64,000 nucleotides of DNA from Schmidtea nova. Its lineage: Eukaryota. Below the pieces are notes generated by a model. That model was given only the letters and a program-made list of their open reading frames with translations. It did not search any database and was not told where the DNA came from. A program made the position numbers and the translations under genes. Shown here in pieces: positions 53,067-64,000 of this stretch. Within the stretch, counting starts at the first letter, position 1; the number at the start of each line of letters is the position of its first letter. The stretch spans positions 153,698,001-153,762,000 of the forward strand of contig CM097883.1 of NCBI GenBank assembly GCA_044892505.1, written 5' to 3'.

Positions 53067-54188
53067 ATGGATAAATTTTTGAGTGGTTACAAGAGAAAAG
53101 TCGACAATAATGAAGATAATGATGTTGGTACAAGTGGGAATAATTGCAAAAAAGGAGGTAAAAATCCCAAGAAAAGACAATACTGTTCATCATATTTATC
53201 GTTAGGATTTACAAGTGTTGTTATAGATGACTCGGAAAAACCAATGTACTTGTTGTGTTTGAAAGTCTTGGCTTCAGATAGTATGAGACTAGCAAAATTC
53301 AAACGGCACCATGAAACTCTACACCCTGCATATGTTAACAAGCCCATATAATTTTTTCAAAGATTATTGCACGAGATAAATATTCAAAAAGAAACGTTCA
53401 AAAAATAGTTTCGTACCATGTCTCATACCGAATTGCGAAATGTAAGAAACCACATACAATAGTGGAAACCCTAATTTTACCAGCTGCTGTTGATATGGTT
53501 CGAATAATGTTCGGCGAATCGTATGCAAAACAGTTGCAACAAATTCCGCAACTGTTATAATTATTTGGCGAAATTTTATATATTTATTATATATGTATAT
53601 GGTTTTTTATGTTTTTCTGTTATGTGGGTATATATTTAACGATAATAAAGCATATTTTGTATTTCGTTATTATAACTTATTAGAAAACAGACCATTTCCT
53701 TATTTTTAGCACTTCGAGTTTAAAATTACCAAATAACAAAATAACAAAATTTAAACTCTTTTACATAATAACAAGAAATTCCAGGCATTCTTTACATTTA
53801 AATATCAAGATACTTATAACTATACATCTAAAAAAATAGGCAGCTACTGAGACACACAAACCTCTAACTTAAATAATTAAAAAGTTATGTCGGTTTTTCT
53901 AAGTTCCGGGCCTTTAAAGACCCCAAGTGACCGACGATGTAAGGAAAATGGGCGCTACCGACGTAGGTTTAATTAGGAATTTAATATACAAATAAATATA
54001 CATGTTCGTATGTTATAGCAAAACCTTGTTTTTATTCTGTTAATTGTAGTTTTAATTTTTTTTTGTAATAAAGTTATTTGTGTTTAAAAAGTGTTTATAT
54101 TATTATATATATTAAAAAAAAGATGGGGAGGCGCCAAGAAAATTTTATTTTGGGGGAGGCTCGGTAGCATAAAGGTTGGAAACCGCTG
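53067..54188 (+). mobile_element. Deleted hAT/Buster (ZBED5-like) element
   Basis: KRQYCSSYLSLGF..LCLKVLASDSMR..KRHHETLHP and KPHTIVETLILPAAVDMV. Right TIR GGTTGGAAACCGCTG ends at 54188; the left TIR was not found. Confidence 0.85.
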
Positions 54189-55016
54189 CCTTAAAACGAA
54201 TTTGTTTAAATAACTTTGTTTAGTGAATAAATCGTATATTTTTTGAATTGTTGGATATTTTGAGTTTTTATTTCAAATTATGGATGTTTTAAATACAAGG
54301 AGTCCCGATGAAACTGGTAGCTATAGCAAAGTATTTATGGTAAGCCATTTGACGGTCTTGTCAACATTTATATAAAAGGATACATTATGTTGACAAATTT
54401 ATAAAGCTTGTAAGTAACCAAAGAAGCAAACAGATCTTGGTTCATCCGGTCGACCTTATCAACATCAAACTCAACACTTAGTCCTTTGATATAATGTTCT
54501 TTGCGTTTCATAATCAAAACTTAAGCCATTCTTATAAAGATCATTTCAGGCTAATTTCCACGTCGAACAATACGCAATAAATCAAAGTAAATATCAAAAG
54601 ATTATCAGAAAAATTATATTTCACACTTTCAAAAAATCTTTCAAAATCAAACAAATTATCTGAAAATCAATCTCACATTTCTGTTATTAAAAGTTATCAT
54701 TTTTATAAATTTTATAATTTACGCTCTTTGACCTATTGTAAGTTTAAATGAAGCTCAAACCGATAATTATCAGTTGCTTTATTTTTGTATTCATTCAATA
54801 TTCCTTTCCAATATTAGGAGATATTGCCCGCATTTTATGAAGTCCAATTATAAGACGTTGAAATGTTGATGAGGCCTAAAAGATTAAGATACTATTAAGT
54901 TAAACCTTATACAAATCCCGTTGACTTTAGTTATATAGTGAAATCTCACGAAACGAAATAAAACTATATTTTTTACACAATGTTTTTTTCAATTTTAATT
55001 TTTCTTCTTTTTTCAG

Positions 55017-57660
55017 CTGTTATTTTTATCCAGGCTGTTAGTCTGAATGTGAGTAAAGGCATTATTTATACATTAATCAGTGAAACGGCATAATAAAATT
55101 ATGCTCTCGCTTCGTACCATGTTAATAACTGCTGAAATGTAAAACTGACATCTACAGTGCTGCAAATAGAACCTTCAGATTTTAGACCAGTGTTTCCCAA
55201 ACTCTTTTGGCCACGGACCCTTTTCATTGTTTTTTTCAAAATTTAATGTGTCACCTTGTAGTTTCAAATAAGTCTCGTTAAATCTGGCAAATAAATCAGT
55301 CATTTAAGCGATGTCATTTTTCGAGATAATTAAATTTTGCTCCAAATCATTGTCTTTACTCTCAAGGAATTCCAACACTGAATCAAAGAGCGAATAGAAG
55401 CCATCCAAACTTGCACTTTAGATAACCAACGTACTTATGTGTTAAATAGTAAACTATTATAGTCATCATCATTTACCAAACAAAGTTGAGCAAATAATCT
55501 CTCGTTTAAGGCATTCCTTTTCATTTTACTAGCTGCTCTAATGACATAATGTAGTGATTCATGCAAACGTTCACTAAGTTTTTTTGTGATCAAATGATGT
55601 CAATAAATGATACAATGTACCGATAATGCATTCGGTATAATTTTTTTAAGTATGCCAGAAAACCTCTGTGTCATCCTACCATTGCCGGAGCACCATAAAC
55701 GTTTCACCTATAGTATCAGTTTCCAAACATTTAGCAAATAACAGTTCTTGGAAAATTCTTTCTTCTTTTACAAATCTCTATGAGCTAAAAGTAAAGCTTC
55801 GTTTCCTGGTTATGTTGAATCGTCAAGATGTGTAGAAAATTTAGATGTTTTTAAGTAGTCACATAAATAGTTTTCTACACTTTGAGCCATTATGTCAATC
55901 TTTCTTCGTACAGTATTATTACTCAGTGTAATTCTTTTTATAATATCGAAATCTGGTTTGTGTAACACGGTGCGTATTACCTCACTTACAGCTGGTAAAA
56001 TAAGTTCTTCGACAATAGTGTGCAGCTTTCTGGACTTCGCGATCATTAAAGAAATATTATAAGAAGCATGCAGTCCATTGTCATCTCTCTTAGATGTTGC
56101 CGCTATAAGTTCTTGCAATGTCGGTGTTTTCAAATATTATTCTTTCATTGTTTGAAAAAAACGTTAAATCCTTTTATTTTTTGTTATTATGGATTTAATT
56201 ATGTTCTTTAAGCTTTGAAGATTTCATTGAATCGTTTGACATCGTTTTATTAGAAGACAGAAAGGTAAAGTACTATTTCCTGGTGACGGAATAAAGCCTT
56301 ATTTCATATTCAACACTGTATTGTATGCACATTTTCTTCAGCTCACTCATACTGTAAAAAAAGGCATAAAAAGATATAGGAAAATATATACATCAATAAT
56401 AATAAATAATTCAAAAATAATTAACAACAAAATGTAATAATAAGCTATAACTTTTAGGGTGCATTATATTAAATTATTAAACCCAATATGTCTAACTTCT
56501 TTTACATAATCATAAATAATATATTCTTTAGAAACACATCTGTGTTAGAAAAACCTACAATCCCTTCAAAGTTTTAAAAAAGAAATCCTTAGTGAATGTT
56601 ACTATACTAAAACTGTGATATATAATTATTTTAATCAACTTAAACCAAAGTATAACCTTGCTTAAATAAATTTAAATTTAAGAGATATCAATTTTTTTTC
56701 AAATATACTTACGTAGCAAAAGTACGCTATCTGCGTAAAAATACAAAAGATTATACTTTTTTTTGTCCAAGACTCGGTAAATTTGTTGTATGCACTTCAC
56801 ATCACGCATAAGACAGAACTAAATTGTAGATTAGATAGTTCATATTATAGACTAGTTGGTGCAAGTATCGACTTTATTGCGTTCCTGTATAAACCTGCCT
56901 AACTCACGACGATACTTGTAATTTATCCACCTGTCTATATTTATATTTTACTTGGGACGTAAAAATCGCTAATAACTTATTCATAGTTATTTATTTTAAC
57001 TTCCATTTTAAAAAATGTGACACGATTTTTTTATTTTATATTAAACCTTGCGAGGACTCCATGACGTTGTTCTGCGACCCTCAAATCAATTTTAATTTTC
57101 CAAGGACCCCCTGAATGATTCCAGGGACGCATTGGGGTCTGTAGAGACTATTTTAGGAACCACTGTTTTAGACGATGTTGAGGAGTATTTTGAATATTAT
57201 TATCATTATTGATAAGACACAACCTTCATACATATTGTTGAGGTTCCAAATATTTGCTATTTGCAATCTCAACTTGTTATTGGGGTGATTCTTATATAAA
57301 TATCAAAAGACAAAATTTGTTTTCAAAATTTTATTAATATAACAAAATTACTTTTTATTCCTTTTACAACTAGCTAAAGATAATTCAAATTCTTTGTTAC
57401 ACAAATTTAAAAAGTCGTTTCGAATCAATTCTTGTAATTGAGCCTATTGGGTGAATGTTATGTAGTGCGTGCTATATATTTATTGTGGATCTAATAATTC
57501 TGATCCGGGTTTTAATAAGTTTTTCAAGATTGCCTTGTGTAAATTGCCTTTTAAATCTGAATTTTAAAAACTATATTTTGAAACTAGAATTTTTGGGCGT
57601 TTCTACTGATCTTTTCATCAGTTTATATAGTGATATTTTATCTTGTTCGACAATCATATT
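55017..57660 (+). pseudogene. Disabled cadherin-repeat exons inside the LamG1-EGF2 intron, split by a hAT insertion
   Basis: After an AG at 55015-55016: ASYHVNNC*NVKLTSTVLQIEPSD; after removing the element and 1 nt, LDDVEEYFEY. A second block from 57374 reads FRINSCN*AYWVN. Multiple stops and frameshifts. Confidence 0.5.
55188..57165 (-). mobile_element. Deleted hAT/Buster (SCAND3/ZBED-like) element
   Basis: CAGTGTTTCCCAAA / TTTAGGAACCACTG with perfect TSD TTTTAGAC. Motifs LHASYNISLMIAKS..HTIVEELILPA, LSNNTVRRKI and HLDDST. Confidence 0.95.
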
Positions 57661-57773
57661 TCAATAATTATATTTATTAAAATAATTACATTATATTTTA
57701 ATCGGTCTTTTTAACCGGATTTGTTTTATTTTATCTGGCTAATTTTATCTGGCTCATCTCCGGTCGATTATTA

Positions 57774-57895
57774 GAATATCTAAAATTATTTACAATTTGC
57801 CGTTTTTTTGATAAATATCTAAAATTATTATTTACAATTTGCCGTTTTTATTTAATAAATATCTAAAATTTATTATTTACAATTTGCCCTTTTTA
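57774..57895. repeat. Three 42-45-bp tandem repeats
   Basis: aatatctaaaatt...tttacaatttgcc occurs three times, with anchors at 57791, 57833 and 57878. Confidence 0.85.
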
Positions 57896-58149
57896 TGCTG
57901 TTATTTAATATATTATTATTTCATATTTTATGTATTGTCATATTTTTTATTTATAAAGACATATTGCCTTACAGATTTTAACACAAATATATAAAATTCA
58001 AATAGAATAATAATATACAGAACAATTATATAAAATTCAAGTACAGAATTTAAAAGTGAAGATAATGACAAGATTAAATCATATACAGAATTTAAAAGTA
58101 AATTAAATCATAAAGTTGTGATCACATTAATACATATAGTCATAGGGTG

Positions 58150-58570
58150 ATTATTTGAGGCTTTGTTGGCTTTGATTGATTGGTGTTATTGATTCAAAAT
58201 GTCATGATCTTTGAGGTGTTTGAAGATGGAGACTGCATTATTTTGTCATTGATCTTTGTGGGGTTCGGACTGGGTTTCTGCGTATATATTAGCCCTGTAG
58301 CTATTAGGCCCTGTCCTGTAGTATTTGTTTAGGGTATATGCTTGGATGGACTTCCCTTGATCATCCAACAATATTCCACAGTCTTAACGGGAATTTGAAG
58401 AGTAGATAATGAATGGAGAGGTTTGTTATTAAAAGATGAGGTTGTCAAAATACCACCAAAACTTGCTCATGTTGACTGGCCGATTTTGCAGAATGACTGG
58501 ATTTGACTCCATTGGATTTCTACTTCTTTAATCACGTCAAGAAATACCTGCAAAACTAGCAGTTTGCCAT
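58150..58570 (-). mobile_element. Highly degraded LINE RT C-terminal remnant
   Basis: Relatively GC-rich block; mixed minus frames loosely resemble FLGV..W..I...RPxxEYC. The family cannot be assigned. Confidence 0.3.
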
Positions 58571-59256
58571 GAACTACGATTTGAAAAATGCAGGGACGCA
58601 TTTTATGGTGAAAGTCTCAGAATTTCCACGAAATCGCTTTTCAAAACCGGGTTACACACAGGAAAAGATCTGTCGATGCAAATATAAATTATTTTGAAAA
58701 AAATGAAACCCACATGACTGGCTTACAAAATATATTTACGTTCATTTATTTTTTTCTATACAAGCCTTACTACTTATTCGGCGCATCGCGTATATTTATT
58801 AATCATTACTCATAATAAATTTACATTATTTATAACTACAAGACACACAAAAGTTGGCTGCAGGATCTCATGGATTTTTAAAAATTTATTGTAATACAAC
58901 TATTTATATATCTCGTTAAAACAAAGTGAGCTTAGTCCTCTTTATAAATAAACGGTACAATTGTAAAATTTAATAATATTTACCTAGAAACGTTTTATAA
59001 ATTTATTTAAATTTTGCATAACTCTCATCTGGCACATACAAACAATAAAGGCAAATTTACATAACTAATTTAAATTTTCCAAAATCTGACATGTTATTTT
59101 TATTATTTTTAAAAATTATTTTTATTTCGATGTTATTTTAAAAATTAGCCTTTTCCCATTGAATGATGCATAAATTATTCAATTTAGTCAAACACATCTT
59201 TAAAAAATATTATTTATTTTTGAAAATGAAATATTTCAAAAGCACATTTGTTTAAT

Positions 59257-59865
59257 CAGGGGTGGCCAACCCGCGGCCAACCTTGAACATTTTTCTGGCC
59301 CGAGAGATTCATCACACTTTTACAAAATATATTTCTTTTATAATGACCGGGGTAATTTAAATATTCTAATTATATTACTAAACAAACATTTTTCATTGCA
59401 TTGTCGCTAATATGAAGTATGACTGCAAAGAAAAGAANNNNNNNNNNNNNNNNNNNNNNNNNNNNNNNNNNNNNNNNNNNNNNNNNNNNNNNNNNNNNNN
59501 NNNNNNNNNNNNNNNNNNNNNNNNNNNNNNNNNNNNNNNNNNNNNNNNNNNNNNNNNNNNNNNNNNNNNNNNNNNNNNNNNNNNNNNNNNNNNNNNNNNN
59601 NNNNNNNNNNNNNNNNNNNNNNNNNNNNNNNNNNNNNNNNNNNNNNNNNNNNNNNNNNNNNNNNNNNNNNNNNNNNNNNNNNNNNNNNNNNNNNATAATA
59701 GTAAACGCAATGATAATAACTCATTATGTTTCAAATTTCCATTCCAAAAATATGTTTATAGTGTATCCAAATCTAATACGGGGATATATAATTTAATATG
59801 TAGCCCACGGAGTTATGATGCATTTCCAAAGTGGCCTACAAGATCATTTGGGTTGGTCACCCCTG
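59257..59865. mobile_element. hAT MITE spanning a gap
   Basis: CAGGGGTGGCCAACC / GGTTGGTCACCCCTG. The flanks match only partly, so the two ends may come from different copies. Confidence 0.75.
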
Positions 59866-60069
59866 ATTTAAATGATGACGCTAATTATTTCAGCTTATAA
59901 TTTGATGTTAAACTTTAATATTAATAATTTTATTAAATAATAATCTGTTAAACAAGACCATCTTGGACAGCCACATCGTCTAGTTCTACATAAAACACAA
60001 AGTTCCTTATTTTCTAAAAATTGAAATTGGTTTTAATTAATATCCAATATTTTCATATTTGGTATTTAG

Positions 60070-60232
60070 ATTGTCGATTTATACACTGCCGATTATAACA
60101 ATTGCGTGGAAGGCCGATGCACCAATTGTAAAAAGAATCAACTCTGCTTTTTCATTCCTTTCAAATCGACTTACAATGTTAGATGCATTTGCAAACAGGG
60201 AGCCATAGACACGACTGGATATTGTGCTGAAG
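60070..60232 (+). CDS. Classical cadherin exon: EGF2
   Basis: IVDLYTADYNNCVEGRCTNCKKNQLC...VRCICKQG...GYCAE, AG...GT, phase 0 to 1. Joins NLRVNAK|IVDL, as in the recalled DN-cadherin NLVHNSK|LYDL. Confidence 0.85.
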
Positions 60233-60362
60233 GTTTTTTTATTTAGATAATTGTTTAAATGCATTAATTAAATGAAGATTAGTTTAAATATTAAAAGCAA
60301 ACCTTTAATTGTTTTTATCAATATTGAGACTTCATTAAATTATTAAGATATTTAAATTTTAG

Positions 60363-60532
60363 GACCAAATGAAATCGGACATCTGAAAATTAATAAAATT
60401 GCTGGATTAAAAATGACCACTGCCCCTTTGGAGACAAGATACATCAATTTTCGTTTTAGGACTATTATAAAAAATGGAACGTTGATGAGATTATTTTTCA
60501 AAACAGCTGCAAATGTCATTCTTATAATAAAA
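60363..60532 (+). CDS. Classical cadherin exon: start of LamG2
   Basis: GPNEIGHLKINK...YINFRFRTIIKNGTLMRLFF carries the LamG motif xFRFRT..xG.L. Phase-1 acceptor; the donor position is tentative. Confidence 0.8.
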
Positions 60533-60626
60533 GTCAGCTATATGTTCAAATTCTAAATTTATTTAATATTTAAATGTAAAATCTAAATGTAAAAAAATAT
60601 GTAAAATTAATATATTTATTTATTTA

Positions 60627-60674
<48 letters not shown>

Positions 60675-60778
60675 TTAATAAACACACTAAAAATAAAATC
60701 AGTAACTATTACGAACACTACTTGATAAAGGCTGTTCTGAAATATTGTGTACTTGTTTAAAGAAATTTTAATCTATAG

Positions 60779-60930
60779 TGTGATAAAAAATGTTTGAAAT
60801 AAAGCTCGATTCAACGTTTATTCTTTATTACAAGATTCTTTTTCAAATTCTGTTTCTCTTTGAAAATCACTCAATATAAACAAATCTATTTTCTTTTAAA
60901 TTGATTATCTAAAATAAATTAATTATCACA
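60779..60930 (-). mobile_element. 3' LTR of the downstream Ty3/gypsy element (152 bp)
   Basis: Perfect inverted ends TGTGATAA...TTATCACA, internal AATAAA on the minus strand, and an adjacent polypurine tract GGGGGAA (60931-60937). Confidence 0.85.
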
Positions 60931-63900
60931 TTCCCCCGTGATCAGTACGACGAATCCAACTCGTACTGATCAAGATAGGAAGGCTTCCTTCGGTTGCGAG
61001 CCAAGCGCGTGTCTTCCTCACTCTCTTCTGGATTTCTGATGTCAACCTGATTGTCTTCAAATTCGCATTCGACATCGCTGGATTCGATAGGTTGATTTGG
61101 CAACACTCGGATGTCTGCAACATGACGCGGTACTCCGTCAACCTCTACGTTAGTAGGTGAATTAATGCCAGTGATGATTCCACTTGGTCGGAACTGGCTT
61201 TATAACAACATTCTGACCAGTTTTAAATTTACTAGATGCTACGCGTTCCTCCTCGACATCTCTGTGAAATTTCCATTGGTACTTAAATAGCCCCTCTGAT
61301 GGAGCTGTACTCTGATTCTTCGGGTCTTTGGGTGCTATGTTATACCAATAAACAATGTCCCCTGGGTCCGAACGACTCCTGGCTGCATGGGATTTTATTG
61401 TCCGGTGGTTTCTCTCCACGATCCCATTCCCAGATGGACGGTAGGCACATCTGTGTGTCAGCTTTACGTCCCATCTACAACATAAATCTTGTAAAGATTA
61501 AGAATGAAAACTAAGCCCATTGTCCATGAGTAGCTCACGAGGTGGACCTCTCTCTCTCGAAACACTTCTTCAAGATTTTTCACAATATTTTGTGCATCTT
61601 CATATGGTATCCTTCTCCAAATGGCAAATCTGCTAGGCCCACAATCAACGATAGTCAAGAAAATGGATCCTTCGTAGTGCGTTACATCTACAGCTAGTCT
61701 TTCCCAATTTTTATCGACCCCTAATGATCCATTTTCCCACTTAATTGGCGACGGATCGATAGATTTGCATTCAATACAATTTCTTACTACATTTTTTATG
61801 ACGTCTCGTGGGGTGCCTGGGCTTTCTAACTGAATGAAATAAATAGATTTTTCCAGACCAAAATGGTGTTTGTTGTGACGGTTCCTTACTTGTTCTGACG
61901 ATAAGCCCACGCAGCCAAAGTACGCTCTAGACTTCAACCACCTCTGTGGAACGCGTGTCAGTATATCTGCTAGTTTAACCAATTGCACCTGAATAAGAAT
62001 TCTGTCATTCTCGATAATCTCTTTTATTATTTCCAAGCGACGTCTAATCAGAGTCTCTGAAATTCCATGGACACGAATCTTACATTCATTGTTAAGAACT
62101 GTTCTCAACCAGCCTACTACCGTCGCCGAATCCACCATCAGCTCGAATTTTTACGCCCCATTTGATTGCTAAGTTTACGCCTTTAAGAACTGCATCGAGC
62201 TCAGCGACGTTTATATGTGAATGATCATCACTTTTCCTGAGCCAAGTTGCATCCTCCACGACGTGGCCATTTATCACTAATACGACACCCAGTGCTAAAC
62301 TGCTAGCATCACACCATAAAGTACAGTGATCCCTGATGTTTACAGTCCAGCTTCCTTTGACTGGATCGTCCAGTTCAATGAGACTCATCACTTCAGTCAA
62401 TCTCGATTCGCACTCAGCTCCGACGAGATCATCCCAATTTGTATCATCCGCAATTCTCTTGATAAAGCTGCAAGCCACTCTGAGCCACCCCACGACCGGA
62501 TAATGCCCAATAAGCTTACCACAAATAGAAAACAATTTACGCCGAGTAACTTTACCTTCAATTGGGTCAACTATATTTCCTCTTGACCATAACAGGTTAC
62601 CGTGACGATTGCGTTCAATTTTTAAACCGAGAACCTTTGTATCCACTAAGAGTTGCGCTGGCTTCGTTACTGATCCATATTGAGCCAAATGTTTCATCAC
62701 TTCATCGATACTGACCAAACTCGTGTTAACAGCTATGTCATCGATGTAGTGATCTGTCGCATTCAGGATTCGCGAATCGAGACTCACCACCTTTCTCAAC
62801 ACTAAGGACATTATCTTTGGAGCACAACTAAGACCAAATCCTAGTCTTGTAAGATAATACGTCTTCTTTTTGTAGCGAATCCTTTATAATTCCCAAAGAT
62901 CTTTGCTTACATGCAACTGTAGATAAGCATTTTTTAGATCAAGCATCGATAGCTGTTCTCCCATCTGTCTCCATCGTTTTAGGCTCTCACCACAAACATC
63001 ACTATCGCAAGTGTGATTCTTCACAAATTCATTGAGTTCCCTAAAGTCAAGAACGGGTCGAACTTTTCCTTTGTTTTCTTGTATTGCAGCTAGAAGAGGA
63101 AGAATTCCGCAGTCGGTTTCTTCAGCGGGGGTTAGCCAGCCTTCCATTATTTATCACTCTACTTCAGCTTCATATTCTTGTCGCACTTCAGGCTTAATTG
63201 CGTATTCGGCAACGTTGTTCCGCAATATTGGAGGTTTGTCTTTCCATTTCCAAGATATTGTCCACTTGTCTCCATCAAAACTTGCAGCGAAATCCTCATC
63301 GTCGATTTTCACTTGTTCTTGAACTAAAGCCGGCATGGATACTCGAAGGCATTTACCAAACTGTACTCCATAATTGTCAATTGAGACTCCCCCAAGGCGT
63401 TCAATCGCATCGAGACCTAAAATAACATCCACTCCGGTTACAAGATTCGACATTATTAAGCAATTTAACAAAAAACTTGTTCCTCGAACAGATAAATGAC
63501 ACTGGTCTCTCTCCTTCACAGTGGACTCTTCTACCATCTACTGCAACAATAACTCTGGCTTCACCACAGATACGGGAAACAATGGTTTGCGAACATCCAG
63601 AATCGACTAGTCCAGTGCATGATTTTCCATTCACTCTGAGTCTGACAAGTACTCGCGCCATCCCTGACATCACTGAGAAACCGCTGGCGCTCCAGTTTCT
63701 CTTCTGGCGTTTCCCTGTGCGTTTGAAGAGCATTATCTTGACGAATGCCCTTTGATTCCACATGTCCAACACTCTTGAGAGGGGCATTTATTTTTGAAAT
63801 GTCCGGATTTTCCACATCCGTAGCAAAGTTTGACTTCTTTACCCGGAGCAGAACCACTTCCTTTCACTGCAATTAGACCAGTGGAGCCATTTTGTTCTGA

Positions 63901-64000
63901 TATTAGTGCTCGAGCTTGTCGAACAACTTCTGAGAGGTTCATTTCGAAGATCCTTGCTGAAGCTCTGAGTTGGTGGGAAACCATTGATGGAAGTCCGACT
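60931..64000 (-). mobile_element. Ty3/gypsy internal region (gag-PR-RT-RH-IN), frameshifted, continuing past the window
   Basis: Two CCHC knuckles (CYGCGKSGHFKNKC, CWTCGIKGHSSRVC), LVDSGCSQTIV, KVRPVLDFRELN, LDLKNAYLQL, HYIDDI, WCDASS..AELDA, HNKHHFG..CIEC and VDVTHY. Confidence 0.93.

Noticed and set aside
36401-57500. Reassignment of TAA to a sense codon (TAA at a Tyr position in VDAC; TAA in cadherin-like segments)
   Set aside because: More than 1 kb of confident cadherin exons in this AT-rich DNA contains no in-frame TAA, while TAT and CAA are common. The affected segments also carry frameshifts or TGA/TAG stops, which fits decay.
60770-60786. CACTA terminus (CACTATAG on the minus strand)
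   Set aside because: The CAC comes from the gypsy LTR end TGTGATAA abutting the hairpin-family sequence.

Overview
AT-rich eukaryotic (animal) scaffold window with five N gaps, dominated by decayed transposons; no prokaryotic features. Host sequence: (1) the last coding exon of an ALKBH3-like dioxygenase (3153-3230, +); (2) a very divergent non-chordate-type classical cadherin (cadherin repeat, NCCD, EGF, LamG, EGF, LamG) on +, spliced by eye from phase-compatible exons between 32433 and 60532, with some linking exons unresolved and both ends not identified; (3) orphan gene fragments: a GC-rich PRPF19 3' piece, the 5' half of a VDAC with a premature stop, and disabled cadherin-repeat exons inside a cadherin intron. 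Mobile DNA includes many hAT elements and MITEs with readable 8-bp TSDs, two pogo/Tigger elements plus a pogo MITE, Tc1/IS630-like elements (one with TIRs built from mirrored 22-bp tandem arrays), piggyBac, MULE, Penelope-like and LINE remnants, Helitron/Helentron-like ends and two Ty3/gypsy elements. All protein identifications rest on motif recognition from memory, not database searches. The species cannot be determined; the divergence of the cadherin suggests a fast-evolving invertebrate (inference).
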